IMG/VR virus record: IMGVR_UViG_3300033112_000310
Location: 44,441-108,440 of that record
Strand: one strand, 5' to 3'
Source of the DNA: a virus
DNA: 64,000 nt
Each line of letters opens with the position of its first letter. The first letter of the stretch is position 1. Below, piece after piece: positions 17,692-27,740 of the stretch. The notes beneath the pieces were generated by a model. It made no database searches and had not been told where the DNA came from. It worked only from the letters and a program-made list of their open reading frames with translations. The position numbers and the translations under genes are program-made.

Positions 17692-17913
17692 ATGAGCTAC
17701 CGCAAGGCCAACATGAGAGCCAGCGCCGCCGCCCGGTCTGCTAGGTCGAAGCGGTCGGCCACCGCGAGACAGTGCCCGAGCTGTGGCCGCAAAGGCGCGC
17801 TGAGACGCGACGTCGCTGAGAACGCGCCCCCGCCAGTCGTGTTCTACGAATGCCGGTGGTGCGGGTGGGCCGGCAGCGGCGACGAACTGCGGGCCATGAG
17901 AAAGGGCGCATGA
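17692..17913 (+). CDS. small zinc-finger protein
   Basis: CPSCG...CRWCG; GGAG SD. Confidence 0.6.
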   Translation: MSYRKANMRASAAARSARSKRSATARQCPSCGRKGALRRDVAENAPPPVVFYECRWCGWAGSGDELRAMRKGA

Positions 17914-17922
17914 CGCGCCCTT
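17902..17922. terminator. hairpin at the point where the two transcription directions converge
   Basis: AAGGGCGC-ATGAC-GCGCCCTT. Confidence 0.55.
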
Positions 17923-17929
17923 CGCTCGT

Positions 17930-18019
17930 TGGAGGAAGCGGTGGGATTTGAACCCACGGGGCAGTCACGCCCTTCGGTTTTCAAGACCGCTGCCTTAAAC
18001 CAGACTCAGCCACGCTTCC
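17930..18019 (-). tRNA. tRNA-Ser (anticodon UGA)
   Basis: Full cloverleaf: GGAAGCG/CGCTTCC acceptor, CT-TGA-AA loop, long variable arm, TTCAAAT T loop, encoded CCA. Confidence 0.95.
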
Positions 18020-18023
18020 ACGG

Positions 18024-18216
18024 TGGCGGAAGGGAAAGGATTCGAACCTTCGTGCGCGGCGACCCGATTACCTATTCTGTTTCCGTTCAAACCCTAGGCT
18101 CTGAAAGGAAACAGAAAGGAATCGACGCGAGGAAACCGGCATGACCGACACCGACCCGAGGGCAACCGCCCTCCCGGTTAGCAACCGGGTGCTTTAGACC
18201 GCTCAGCCACCCTTCC
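18024..18216 (-). tRNA. tRNA-Ser (anticodon GCU) with a 121-nt structured variable region
   Basis: GGAAGGG/CCCTTCC acceptor, G73, CCA, D arm, CCCGG-TTGCTAA-CCGGG, GAAGG-TTCGAAT-CCTTT; positions 18052-18172 lie between the anticodon and T arms. Confidence 0.85.
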
Positions 18217-18226
18217 GGGCAAGAGA

Positions 18227-18246
18227 AAGGGCGCGTGTGCGCCCTT
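18227..18246 (-). terminator. hairpin upstream of the tRNA pair
   Basis: AAGGGCGC-GTGT-GCGCCCTT followed on the minus strand by a pyrimidine run. Confidence 0.55.
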
Positions 18247-18269
18247 CCCCGAACTCCGACGTTGGCCGG

Positions 18270-19139
18270 TTAGAACCGACGCTCGACGCCGAAGCCGTAG
18301 TTGTAGCTTCCGGTCGGCGGGTTCCCCGGCGCCTTGCCGTCGTGCCAGTCGACGCCATCCGGCACGTTGTCCAGCCCGTGGGTCGTGCCGACGTGGGCGG
18401 TCACGCCCCACCCGGCCGCCAGTTCGTGCGACCAGGCCACGCGCAGCGACCAGTACACGCCGGTCGACGGGAAGCGTTGCCCTTCGGCCTCGGCCGAGAA
18501 GCCGTGGTCGAAGTCCCGCTCCCACGCGATGCGCGGCGCTTCCTTGAGCACGTTCCAACCGATGGTCGCGCCGGCAAGCGGACCCTCGGCGAACGCGTAG
18601 CCCAGGGCGGCGGTTTCGGCAATGGACGTGCCGTAGCGCACGACCCGGCCTTCGGCTTCGGTCACTTCCTGCACGGACACGGCCCGGCGGTCGTATCCGA
18701 GCGTGACGGCGAATCCGTCGAGCACCGCGTGAAGCTGCACGTCGGCGCTGTCGGCGTTCTTGCACGCGAGATTCCCGCCCGTCCACGCTCTGCCGTGGCC
18801 GTCGACCGCCACGTCCTGGTATTCGCCTTCGGCCTCGTATGCCAAGGTGACCGCCGGGATGTCGCAGCCGTCGGAGTCGTCGCCCGTGACGGAAACGGAA
18901 AGGAACTGCTCGAACGGGAAGACTTCGACTTCGCGTTCGGGGCCGGGCACTTCGCGTTCGATTTCGACCACTTCGGCGACGGGCAGATCGGCGACCGCTT
19001 CGGCCACGCCGGCAGCGACCCCTTGGGCCACGCCGTCCGCGATTGCAGCGGCGAGTTCTTCCCGTTCGATGTGCGTGCCTTCGGACGCGAAGGCCATTGC
19101 GCCGGCGAGCAAGAACGCCAGCAATGCGATTGGTTTCAT
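18270..19139 (-). CDS. putative outer-membrane beta-barrel protein
   Basis: Signal peptide MKPIALLAFLLAGAMAFA, alternating-polarity strands, C-terminal YNYGFGVERRF ending in Phe. Confidence 0.65.
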   Translation of the reverse strand: MKPIALLAFLLAGAMAFASEGTHIEREELAAAIADGVAQGVAAGVAEAVADLPVAEVVEIEREVPGPEREVEVFPFEQFLSVSVTGDDSDGCDIPAVTLAYEAEGEYQDVAVDGHGRAWTGGNLACKNADSADVQLHAVLDGFAVTLGYDRRAVSVQEVTEAEGRVVRYGTSIAETAALGYAFAEGPLAGATIGWNVLKEAPRIAWERDFDHGFSAEAEGQRFPSTGVYWSLRVAWSHELAAGWGVTAHVGTTHGLDNVPDGVDWHDGKAPGNPPTGSYNYGFGVERRF

Positions 19140-19288
19140 CGGAAAAGCTCCTGCAGGTGTCTGTGGAACAACAGGTGTTGAGCGGCGAACTCTACCACGG
19201 CGGGGAATCCGGCGATTTTGGCCAGCGACGGGGACCGGGCGCGTTCCGGCCATTGCCCGGGTTCAACCGGTCCCGACCCCCGCCGCCG

Positions 19289-19753
19289 TCAGTCCTTGCC
19301 GTGCGGCGCTACCGAGTGGATCGGCATGTCGTCGCCGAAGATCGCCCGCACCACGCCGCGGACTTCATCGTCGGTGTCGAACCCCCTCGAGCGCGCTGTC
19401 TGCGCCAAGGTCTGGTACTCGTCCAACGTCCCGTCCCTGAGCACCCACCGGAACTTGCCGTGGGCACCGGTGGTGATGAAGGCGTAGTGGGTGTCAGGCC
19501 GCTCGATGCTCTTGGGCTTGTCGGCGAGTTCGCGCCGCAGTTCGGCGATCTGGCCTTCCTGGGCGGCGGTGCGGCGCCGCTCGGCCGCCAGTCTGGTGTT
19601 GGCCGTCTCCGTTGCCGTTGCGTTGGTCTTGGCCGTGCGCTTGGCGCTTTTCAGGGCGTCTTCGGCGTTCCGGCGGCGCCACCGGGCATAGAAGATGTAG
19701 AGCGCGGCCAGAACGAGTGCGAACCAGTAGTAGGCGTCGGCGACAATTTCCAT
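19289..19753 (-). CDS. membrane-anchored coiled-coil protein with YegP/DUF1508-like domain
   Basis: N-terminal TM helix, coiled coil, GKFRWVLRDG...LAQT..RGF. Confidence 0.6.
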   Translation of the reverse strand: MEIVADAYYWFALVLAALYIFYARWRRRNAEDALKSAKRTAKTNATATETANTRLAAERRRTAAQEGQIAELRRELADKPKSIERPDTHYAFITTGAHGKFRWVLRDGTLDEYQTLAQTARSRGFDTDDEVRGVVRAIFGDDMPIHSVAPHGKD

Positions 19754-19781
19754 CGGTCCCCCCTAGCAGCCTAGCCGACGC

Positions 19782-20412
19782 TCAGTCCGCCTTGTGGCCG
19801 AACAGTTCGATCGAGAAGACCGCCGCGGCGTCGTCGCCGACAAAATAGAGCGTTCGGCCATCGGCTGAGCGTGACACGACGATGTTGCCAACCTTCGGAA
19901 TGGTCAACGTGGAACGCGGCTGCAACACCGGGTTGGTATTGATCGGGATGTCCGCCCGGTCAACGGCGATCCTGAACGGTTCCGCCACGGCCAGAACCGC
20001 ACCGGCAGTCGCCCCCGCCTTGCCCACAAACTCGATTCCGTCGTACCCGTCCAAGGTTGCCACGGTCACACTGGTGACTTGCGTGTTCGCCGCGGCGTGC
20101 GCGTGCCCGATCCGTGCCGGAGGAGTCGGCGGGTCGCCGAGGCGGTCGGCAGCGATGCGGCGTTCGAGTTCGGCCACTATCTCGGTGGCCGTCCCTTTCA
20201 CATAGTAGATGCCGGGCTGTGCCGCCATCGCGAGTGAATCGCTGTGTAGGTAGAGGGCGACTCTCCCCGTCTTGACATACTTGGCGTCGCGCAGATCGTA
20301 TTCGTCGCTGACCTCATCGATCCCGTAGATGTTGACGTGCCGCGTTGTTTCGCGATGGAAGGGAGAGTCGTGTAGTCGCGTCGTCTCTGCTTCGAGCTTC
20401 CAAAATCTCATC
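19782..20412 (-). CDS. hypothetical (tail-associated?) protein
   Basis: GGAGG SD before MRFWKLE at 20412. Confidence 0.65.
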
Positions 20413-20445
20413 GTGTAGGCCTCCTGCTCCGGTCCCGCTCGTCGC

Positions 20446-20649
20446 TCAGCTTTGCGGGGACGTGTTGTAGTTTTCGATGAAGAACAGGCGGGCGCTGAAC
20501 TGCCCCGCCTGCTTTTCCAGTTCGGCGAGCTTTTCGGCGTCGGCGTCGGTCCACGGTCCCGTCTTGCGGGCGTGCTTGTCGCCTGCGGCCACGATCTTGT
20601 CGTATTCCGCTTCAAGCTCCGTTTTCGTGAGCAATGCCGGGTCTGCCAT
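20446..20649 (-). CDS. small hypothetical protein
   Basis: 67 aa directly after the FN3 gene. Confidence 0.55.
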   Translation of the reverse strand: MADPALLTKTELEAEYDKIVAAGDKHARKTGPWTDADAEKLAELEKQAGQFSARLFFIENYNTSPQS

Positions 20650-20662
20650 GCCTATGCCTTCG

Positions 20663-23600
20663 TTACGTTACGGTCGTGCGGCCGGTGCCTCTTTGATTGA
20701 TGGACACGCCCGCGTCGTTCCCGGACCACACCTGCGCTTCCACGACATCGCCGATATTAAGGCCGCTCACCGAGGCAGACGTGCCCGATGTGCGTGTGGC
20801 GGAAGATCCGGTTCCAGCACTCCACCGCGGCACTCTCGCGCTACGGTTGATCCAACGCCAATAATACACATCCGCGTCCGCAACGGACGACCACGTAATC
20901 GTGCCCAGGCGCAACCCGGAGGGGTCGTTCGGTATCGTCGAGAACGTCCACGCAATGCTCGCGGGACGGGCCGGGACCGGCTGCGCCGCGGTCGTAAATA
21001 CCGTCCCCCGGAATGTGGTCGCAGGGGTGCCTCCTGCCACGTTGGTCGCGTAGACCTGGACATCGTAAGGGGTGCTCGGGGAGAGGCCCGGCAGTCTGCG
21101 AGAGAGAGAGCCCGACGACGCGCTGCCCATCGTGATCCACGACGACCACCGCCCGGCCGATGTTTGCCCCGCCGCCGATGTCCGATAGCGCACGAACAAC
21201 TCGAACGGAGTCGTGCCCGTTGACGGAACGGCTGCGCTGACCGTGGCCGCGTAGGCGGTGATGGACGAGACGGATGGCGTCCCCACCCGCCCCGGGGGTG
21301 TTTGGACGACCACCGGGGTCACGGTGAACGTGTCCGTGTCCACGGCTATCCCGTCCACGTAGAGGGTCACCGTCACGGACGTGTTGGTCGACACGTCAGG
21401 CGGCTCGAACTCGCCCGTGGTGCGGTCGATGTCGCCCGCCGAGCTTCCCCAGGTGGGCGAGCCGCCCGATACCCCCGTGGGCGTGAAGTCGTGCGTCTGC
21501 GACTCCGCGATGCTCGTCAGCTTGTTCTGGATGGTGCCGGTCGGCGCGGGTGCCGTCTGCCTTCCGCTGCCACCCACGGGCGAAAGCTGGTCTCTCGGCG
21601 AGCGGCCCGGGTCGGTGTTCCACGCCCACACCTGCACCTGCACTTCGTCGCCCGGCCCGCACGTGAACGTCCCGCTGGTAGCCGCACCCGCGTTGGTTGC
21701 GGACGTGCCCGTGGCGTTCGGCATCCACTGAGGACGCGAAGAGCTTCGGTTGATCCACCGCCAGTAGTAGCGGTGCGCGCGCAGCGCGCTCCAGGACGCC
21801 GTGACCGTCACCACGGAACCGCGGCGCACGAACGTGAGCGTCACGGTCGGGCGGGACGGGGCGGCGAGGAAAATCGTGTTCAGGTAGTCGAACGTGTACT
21901 CGCACTTGGCCGTCTGCCCCTCCCGCGTCACCGTCGCTTCCACCGTGACTTCCCAATCGCGGAAGATCGCGATGCCGGTCCACACGCCGGCGTTCGTGAT
22001 GCCGCCGACGCCGGCCTTCACCCGCCATGTCGTGGTGATGGCTCCCGTCGCGGTGCCGGTGACCTCCACGTCGAACGTGTGCGATTCGCCTTCGTCCAGT
22101 TCGTCGCCCGACGGCGTGTCCACGATCTTGCAGTCGAGCGTCGGGGTCGGCGAGTCCTCGACCGTCGCCGTCTGCGTGTCCGCGTCCTTCTCGGCGGTCG
22201 TTCCCGAACGGGCGGTCGTGCCGTCCCCCGACACTTCGACCGTCAAGTCTATGTCGACGTCCGTGTCGTCGTCGACATCGGGACGGGTCCACGTCGGCTC
22301 GGCCAAGGTGTCGTCGTCCAGTTCCCCGCTTCCCACCGCCCACTTGTACGTTGGATCCCCGTCGTACAGGCCGGTGCCCTTGGTCACCGTGGCGCCGAGC
22401 TTGACCGTCGTTCCTTCCAGACCCGTCGCGACGGCCTTGATCGTCACGGTCTGCGGCGGGCGGGCCACGGGCAGCGGGTCGGTGAGGATGCGTGCGCTGT
22501 CCGTCCATCCCGACTCCGCGTCGTCAGCGCCCGTCGCCTTGACGCGGGCGTCGTAGCGCGTGTCGGCCGCCAGCGGCCCCGCGTCGTAGGTCAGGACGTT
22601 GCGTCCGGTGTTCGCGTTCGCGATGCGCCCCGTTCGTCTCAGCAGCAGGCGGTCGAGACGCCACACCTCGACGGTCCAGCCGGTGATGCCGGTCGCGACG
22701 GTCGGTGCCGTCCACGTCACCGTCCCGTCCTTCGCCAGCACCACCGTCGCCGGGGAATTGAGCGCCGGCACGTAGTTCTCCACCGTTACGGCGAAGGTCG
22801 CCAAAGTCGCGGTCGCCGACGTGCCGGCCCGGGCCTTGCCGCCGGTGCCGCTGACGGTCACCGACAGACGAACTTCGATGTCGGTATCCGACGACACGTC
22901 GTCGGGAGCCGTGTAAATGGCACTGGCGCGCTGGCCGAGGATCGTGCCCACTGCCAACGACACCGACCACGCATAGGCGATCTCGTCGTAGGTGCCGCCC
23001 GTCACGGTCGCGTCGTAGTCCCCGGTGTTGCCTTCCCTGACGGTCGCGTCTCCATCGATGGAAACGGTCGGCGCGGAGGCCACGGGGCGCACCACCGGCG
23101 CGTTGGTCACTGTGAACGTGTCGGTGTCCACGGCAGTGAGCCCCCCTCGGGTCACCGTGAGCCGCACCGTGACCTCAAGGTCCGCATCCACGTCCGGCGG
23201 GGTGTAGACCCCGGACGACGTGATGGAGCCGACGTCGACCCCCGTCTGCGGGTCGACGCTCCAACGTATCGTCGTCGCCCCGGTGGACGTTCCCGATACC
23301 GTCGAGTTGAAGTCGTGGGTCTGGTCGTCCGCCAGCGACGTGATTTTGTTGGCGATGGTCGCCCCGAGTCGCACGGTCTTGGCGATCCAAGGCTGCGTCT
23401 CGGGGTCGAATGCCCACGCCGTGGCGCTGTCGAACGTAGTCGTGCGCGTCAGTCGTTCGGGCGTCGTCCAGACAGCGCCACCGGGTCCGACGCTCAGGAT
23501 TCGCGAACCCCACAGCGCGGCGGTGCCCGACGGAATGGCACCAAGAGTCCAGCCGGCAGGAGCATTGCCGGTCGGCTCCGCGGGACGGCTCGCTGCGCGA

Positions 23601-24319
23601 CGATAGACCCATGTGCTCAGCGGGTGGCTGCGGTTGTCCGCCCACGACACCGTGTCCGTGCGCTTGCGGCCAATCCGGTAGACGGCCATTGTCCCGGTAG
23701 CCGACGGTCGGGTGCTCCCCGGTTCCCACTTGATCCAACCCGCTGGTATCGCCTCCGCCGTCGATGTCGGCAGGGACGGTTCCGTTGCCGCCAGCATGTA
23801 GGCGAACTCGTTCGAGTCCGCCGTCGACTCCGTTTCCAGGTCGGCCACCTTCGCGGCGAGGTCGCCTGCCGATGTTGTCGGCGTGATGCGCACCTGCCGG
23901 GTACCGTCGGGTGCCGCGTAGCTCGTCGACGTCTGTGCCGGACGGGAAGTCCAGGCGCCGTCTGCGGTTTCCCGGGTTTCGATCCGGTAGCGGGTCGGAA
24001 TGCGCACCAGCCCCTGACGCGGCGTGTCGAACACCGGCGGTTCCCAGGTGACGGTGCCGTCGTCTATCTCGACATCGCCTATCGTGTAGGTGGCCAACGC
24101 CAGATTGACCGCTGCCGCGTACTCGTCGATGGTCACGCCGACGCTTGCTGCCGACACCCCTTGGGCCACCGGGGTGGCGGTCAGTTCGAGCACGGCGGCC
24201 AGCTTGTCGGCGTACACGCCGAGCGACGACGACCCGCCCGACAGGCCGAGCGTCGAGTAGGCGTCGGATTCCAGGATTCCCTTGGAGCCGTCGACGTTGG
24301 CAGGCTTCGCGATGCTCAC
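20663..24319 (-). CDS. large Ig/PKD/fibronectin type III repeat protein (tail-associated adhesin)
   Basis: Thr/Val-rich beta repeats; FN3 signatures GLSPSTPYDVQVYATN and LAADTRYDARVKA. Confidence 0.8.
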   Translation of the reverse strand: MSIAKPANVDGSKGILESDAYSTLGLSGGSSSLGVYADKLAAVLELTATPVAQGVSAASVGVTIDEYAAAVNLALATYTIGDVEIDDGTVTWEPPVFDTPRQGLVRIPTRYRIETRETADGAWTSRPAQTSTSYAAPDGTRQVRITPTTSAGDLAAKVADLETESTADSNEFAYMLAATEPSLPTSTAEAIPAGWIKWEPGSTRPSATGTMAVYRIGRKRTDTVSWADNRSHPLSTWVYRRAASRPAEPTGNAPAGWTLGAIPSGTAALWGSRILSVGPGGAVWTTPERLTRTTTFDSATAWAFDPETQPWIAKTVRLGATIANKITSLADDQTHDFNSTVSGTSTGATTIRWSVDPQTGVDVGSITSSGVYTPPDVDADLEVTVRLTVTRGGLTAVDTDTFTVTNAPVVRPVASAPTVSIDGDATVREGNTGDYDATVTGGTYDEIAYAWSVSLAVGTILGQRASAIYTAPDDVSSDTDIEVRLSVTVSGTGGKARAGTSATATLATFAVTVENYVPALNSPATVVLAKDGTVTWTAPTVATGITGWTVEVWRLDRLLLRRTGRIANANTGRNVLTYDAGPLAADTRYDARVKATGADDAESGWTDSARILTDPLPVARPPQTVTIKAVATGLEGTTVKLGATVTKGTGLYDGDPTYKWAVGSGELDDDTLAEPTWTRPDVDDDTDVDIDLTVEVSGDGTTARSGTTAEKDADTQTATVEDSPTPTLDCKIVDTPSGDELDEGESHTFDVEVTGTATGAITTTWRVKAGVGGITNAGVWTGIAIFRDWEVTVEATVTREGQTAKCEYTFDYLNTIFLAAPSRPTVTLTFVRRGSVVTVTASWSALRAHRYYWRWINRSSSRPQWMPNATGTSATNAGAATSGTFTCGPGDEVQVQVWAWNTDPGRSPRDQLSPVGGSGRQTAPAPTGTIQNKLTSIAESQTHDFTPTGVSGGSPTWGSSAGDIDRTTGEFEPPDVSTNTSVTVTLYVDGIAVDTDTFTVTPVVVQTPPGRVGTPSVSSITAYAATVSAAVPSTGTTPFELFVRYRTSAAGQTSAGRWSSWITMGSASSGSLSRRLPGLSPSTPYDVQVYATNVAGGTPATTFRGTVFTTAAQPVPARPASIAWTFSTIPNDPSGLRLGTITWSSVADADVYYWRWINRSARVPRWSAGTGSSATRTSGTSASVSGLNIGDVVEAQVWSGNDAGVSINQRGTGRTTVT

Positions 24320-24320
24320 G

Positions 24321-27300
24321 TCAGGACACCGTGAACGAGACCCCGGAGAACAGGCCGGCGACGATGGCGTCCCGGTCCACGGCTAGGCCGTCGTCGTCCT
24401 TGCCGGTGCCCGTGAGATAGCTGTTGGTCTTGGCCTTCGCGACCTCGACATTTCCGCCTAGCGCGTCGGCGTCCACAGCGAGCTTGTCGGTGGCGGTGCC
24501 CTTGCCCGTCAGGTAGCTCGTGTCCTTCTTCTCCACCCCGGTGAACGCGGCCACCGCCGCCCGGTGGTCTGCGGACACGATGATCTTGACCTTCGTTCCC
24601 GGGTTGATGGACACGGCACCGGTATTGCCCGTCTCGTCCTCGGCGATGAGTTCGATGCCCCATTCGCGCCCGCCCGTGACGGACGCATTGGATGTCACTT
24701 CCCACGCCATCCAGCGGTGGTCGCCGACGAGCCACGTCACGACCTCCCCCGGTTCGACGCTCTCGATGACCTTGGTCGTATCGTTCCCGTCGCTGTCGGC
24801 GTCGCCGATTCGGAGGAACGCGGCGTTGTTGCGGACGTCGCTCCAATTCCCGCCGATGCCGGACTTGTCGGCCTCCCGGAACTGGTAGCCCCCGTTGTTG
24901 TTGATGTTTCCGATGTCGTCGTAGTTGAGAATCGTCCCCGCAGCCGGGCGGCCCGCCACCCCCTTGGGGGCCTTCGAGAAGCCCAGGCGGATCGAGCCGT
25001 TCGGGATGCCGCCCGCCAAGCGGTGCTCCACATGACGGACGTTGACGACGACGAAGCCGGACGAGACCGCGTTCCGGGACGTTACGAGGTAGTCGATCCA
25101 GTTGGCGTCGTCCAGCCACATGACCACGATGTCGCCCTGCTCGACTTGCGTCAGGAAGGCGTGCATGGCGCTGCCGTCCGGTGCCTGGATGGTGAGTTGG
25201 GAAACGGACTCCGCGTTGTCCTCGTCGAGTTCGTCCGTGAAGGACGCCGGACTGCCGAGCGGGACGAACAGATCCCCGTCCGCAGGGGTGCCCGAATCCC
25301 GGAACTGCGAATCGACCCACGTCGACACCCCCGCGCGCCCCGGACGCCCGTCCTTGCCGGGGTCGCCCTTCGGCGTGTAGTGCAGTTCGGCTTCCCCCGA
25401 CGCCGGCGGCTTGCCGAAGCCTTCGACGAAGGCGAGCGACAACGCCGCCGTCCGACCAGTGCCGGACCCCGTGAAAGCCACGGATGTCAGCGTGTAGTCG
25501 GCCCAATTGTCCTTGTCCCGGTAGATCGTGACGAGCGCGCCTGCGCCGATCAGCCCGATGGCCGTTTCCTCCGCTTCCGTCACCCGGATGGAGAACGTCC
25601 GGTTGCCCGTCCAGTCGGTGGCCGCACCGTCCAGATGCCACCGGGTGGCGTTGAGGTTCGCCGTGGAACTGGCCTTGGTCGTGCGGGCGATGACGGCGCC
25701 GTAGCCTGCAAGCCCGCGGATGCCCGGTAACCCCCCCGGCGTGTAGCGAATCTCCACGGCACCGCTGTCGGGCACCGTGCCCTTGTGCCGCACATGGGTG
25801 AGCTCGAACGTGGCCGTGCGGGCCGCGCCGGTGCCGGCGAACGCAACCGCACCCTTCAAGATGTACTGCCCGTAGTTGTCGGCGTCGGCGTATACGGTCA
25901 AGGGCGACCCGGCCACCAGAGCCTTGATGTCGTTTTCGTCGTCCTCCGACACCCCGATGCGCAGGGTCTTGGTCCCGTCCCATCGGCTGGACGAAGGCAG
26001 GTCCGTGACCGTGGACGAGACGGTCGCGGCGTCGGCGGTCGCCGTTCCCGCGTGGCTCTCGCCGTCTCCGGTGACGGTGACGCGCAGGTCGATGTCGTAG
26101 TCCGTGTCGCTCGTCACGGACGGACGCGTCCACAGCGGGCTCGCGGAGGTCGCGTCGTCCAGCCCGGTGGTCGCGTCGTCTATCGTCCAGGCGTAGGCGT
26201 AGGTGACGCCGCTCGATCCACCGGTCAGCCTGGCGGTCAGGCGAACACCGACGCCCTCGTTTCCGTCCGGGACGGGGTTGATGACCACCGTCGGCGGCGT
26301 CGGAGCCGGAAGGGATGTCGTCGGCACCGTCGCCGTGCCGCTCGGCGACCACTGCGCTGCCGCGCCGACGCGGTTGCGTGCCTTGAACTGCGCCTCGTAC
26401 CGCTGGCCGGCCGTCAGGCCGGTGCGGGTCAACGTTCTTCCGGTCGTCGATATGGTCGTCCACGACTGCGTGCCGACCCGCCGCCAACGCCAGTCGTACC
26501 CGGTGATGGCCGCGCCGCCGTTGTTCGGTGCCGTCGCCGTCCATGCGATCCTGCCGGCGGACGCGTTGGCGGCGGGAGCCGTCCCCCGCGCAGGCACCGT
26601 GGCCACCGGCGGGGCGGGAACGTTCTCGACCGTGGTGGTGACGGCGGTCGCCGCCTTCGTCGCCGATGTCCCGTTCCGCGCCGTCGTGCCGTTCCCGCGG
26701 ACGGTCACGGACAGTCCGACCGTGTAGTCCGTGTCTGCGGACACCTGGGGCCGCGTGAACGTCGGACTGGCAAGCGTGGCGTCGTCCAGCACCGCGCTGG
26801 TCACGTCCGTGTTGCCCTGCCTCACCGTCCACGCGTAGACGGGACCGGTGTCGTACAGGCCGGTGCCCTTGGTCACCGTGGCGCCGAGCTTGACCGTCGT
26901 TCCTTCGTCCCCGTCGGCTACCGGGCCGATCGTCACGGTCTGCGGCGCGGACGCGACCGGGAGTGACGCGCGGGGCGTCAATGCGCCGGACGGCGACCAT
27001 TGCGCGGCCGCCCCGACCGAGTTGACCGCCTTGAACTGCGCCTCGTAGACGCTGCCGTTGGTCAGCCCGCTGAGATTCAGCGTGTTGCTCGATTCGTTGG
27101 AACTGGTCCACGCCTGCGCGGAAGTGAGCTTGTAGCGCCACTGGTACCCGGTGATGGCCGAGCCGCCGTCGTCCGGCGCCGCCGCCACCCATTTGCCGGA
27201 CCCGTCGCCCGGCGTGGTGGTCGGCGTACCGCCGCGAGCCGGAGCCGTCGCCACCTGGCCGTCGTCCAGAACGAGGGTTCCTGCCTGGTTCGTCTGCGCG

Positions 27301-27737
27301 GCTTCCGCGAACGCGATGAGCGCCGTGGCTTCCGCGTCGGTCAGGGCCGCGTTGGTACCCTGGTTCGACCAGGTGTACGGCTCGTTCCTGTCGGAGGAAC
27401 CCGGAGCTTGGATGGTCACGGAGCGCGTGCCGTTCGTCAGCGTCAGCGTGCCGCCCGTCTCCCAGGCGTCCGAAAGCTCGCGGTTGTTGTTCCCTGTGTC
27501 CGTGGGCGTCTGGCCTATCTCCAAGTCCAGGGATACGCCGCCCACGCCGTCCACGAGGATGTTCAGTTCCGAGGGGTAGGCGGTTCCGCCCGCGCCCGCG
27601 CCCGACGCCTTGCGCAGGTCCGACACGACCTGCTCGTCCGAAATCCTGCCCGCGTCGTAGGAGACGAAGGTGGTTCCGGGTCCGAGGGCCGCGCTCTTGG
27701 AGAATCCGGCGGAAAGCGTCCAGGTCTGGCTAGCCAT
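24321..27737 (-). CDS. FN3/PKD and collagen-linker modular tail fibre protein
   Basis: DDGGSAITGYQWRY...GLTNGSVYEAQFKAVNSVG type FN3 unit twice; Gly-X-Y linkers; modules shared with neighbouring genes. Confidence 0.8.
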   Translation of the reverse strand: MASQTWTLSAGFSKSAALGPGTTFVSYDAGRISDEQVVSDLRKASGAGAGGTAYPSELNILVDGVGGVSLDLEIGQTPTDTGNNNRELSDAWETGGTLTLTNGTRSVTIQAPGSSDRNEPYTWSNQGTNAALTDAEATALIAFAEAAQTNQAGTLVLDDGQVATAPARGGTPTTTPGDGSGKWVAAAPDDGGSAITGYQWRYKLTSAQAWTSSNESSNTLNLSGLTNGSVYEAQFKAVNSVGAAAQWSPSGALTPRASLPVASAPQTVTIGPVADGDEGTTVKLGATVTKGTGLYDTGPVYAWTVRQGNTDVTSAVLDDATLASPTFTRPQVSADTDYTVGLSVTVRGNGTTARNGTSATKAATAVTTTVENVPAPPVATVPARGTAPAANASAGRIAWTATAPNNGGAAITGYDWRWRRVGTQSWTTISTTGRTLTRTGLTAGQRYEAQFKARNRVGAAAQWSPSGTATVPTTSLPAPTPPTVVINPVPDGNEGVGVRLTARLTGGSSGVTYAYAWTIDDATTGLDDATSASPLWTRPSVTSDTDYDIDLRVTVTGDGESHAGTATADAATVSSTVTDLPSSSRWDGTKTLRIGVSEDDENDIKALVAGSPLTVYADADNYGQYILKGAVAFAGTGAARTATFELTHVRHKGTVPDSGAVEIRYTPGGLPGIRGLAGYGAVIARTTKASSTANLNATRWHLDGAATDWTGNRTFSIRVTEAEETAIGLIGAGALVTIYRDKDNWADYTLTSVAFTGSGTGRTAALSLAFVEGFGKPPASGEAELHYTPKGDPGKDGRPGRAGVSTWVDSQFRDSGTPADGDLFVPLGSPASFTDELDEDNAESVSQLTIQAPDGSAMHAFLTQVEQGDIVVMWLDDANWIDYLVTSRNAVSSGFVVVNVRHVEHRLAGGIPNGSIRLGFSKAPKGVAGRPAAGTILNYDDIGNINNNGGYQFREADKSGIGGNWSDVRNNAAFLRIGDADSDGNDTTKVIESVEPGEVVTWLVGDHRWMAWEVTSNASVTGGREWGIELIAEDETGNTGAVSINPGTKVKIIVSADHRAAVAAFTGVEKKDTSYLTGKGTATDKLAVDADALGGNVEVAKAKTNSYLTGTGKDDDGLAVDRDAIVAGLFSGVSFTVS

Positions 27738-27740
27738 GCG

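Noticed and set aside
17930..18216. tRNA genes as an integration (att) site
   Set aside because: No duplicated tRNA 3' end and no integrase; phage-like genes continue on both sides.
21302..24334. 1010-aa plus-strand ORF (similarly 27000-29972 and 44646-48020)
   Set aside because: Antisense shadows of real minus-strand genes in high-GC DNA; Arg/His/Gly-rich with no motifs.
24316..27192. 958-aa alternative-frame minus-strand ORF
   Set aside because: Arg-rich off-frame overlap of the FN3 gene, expected from GC codon bias.
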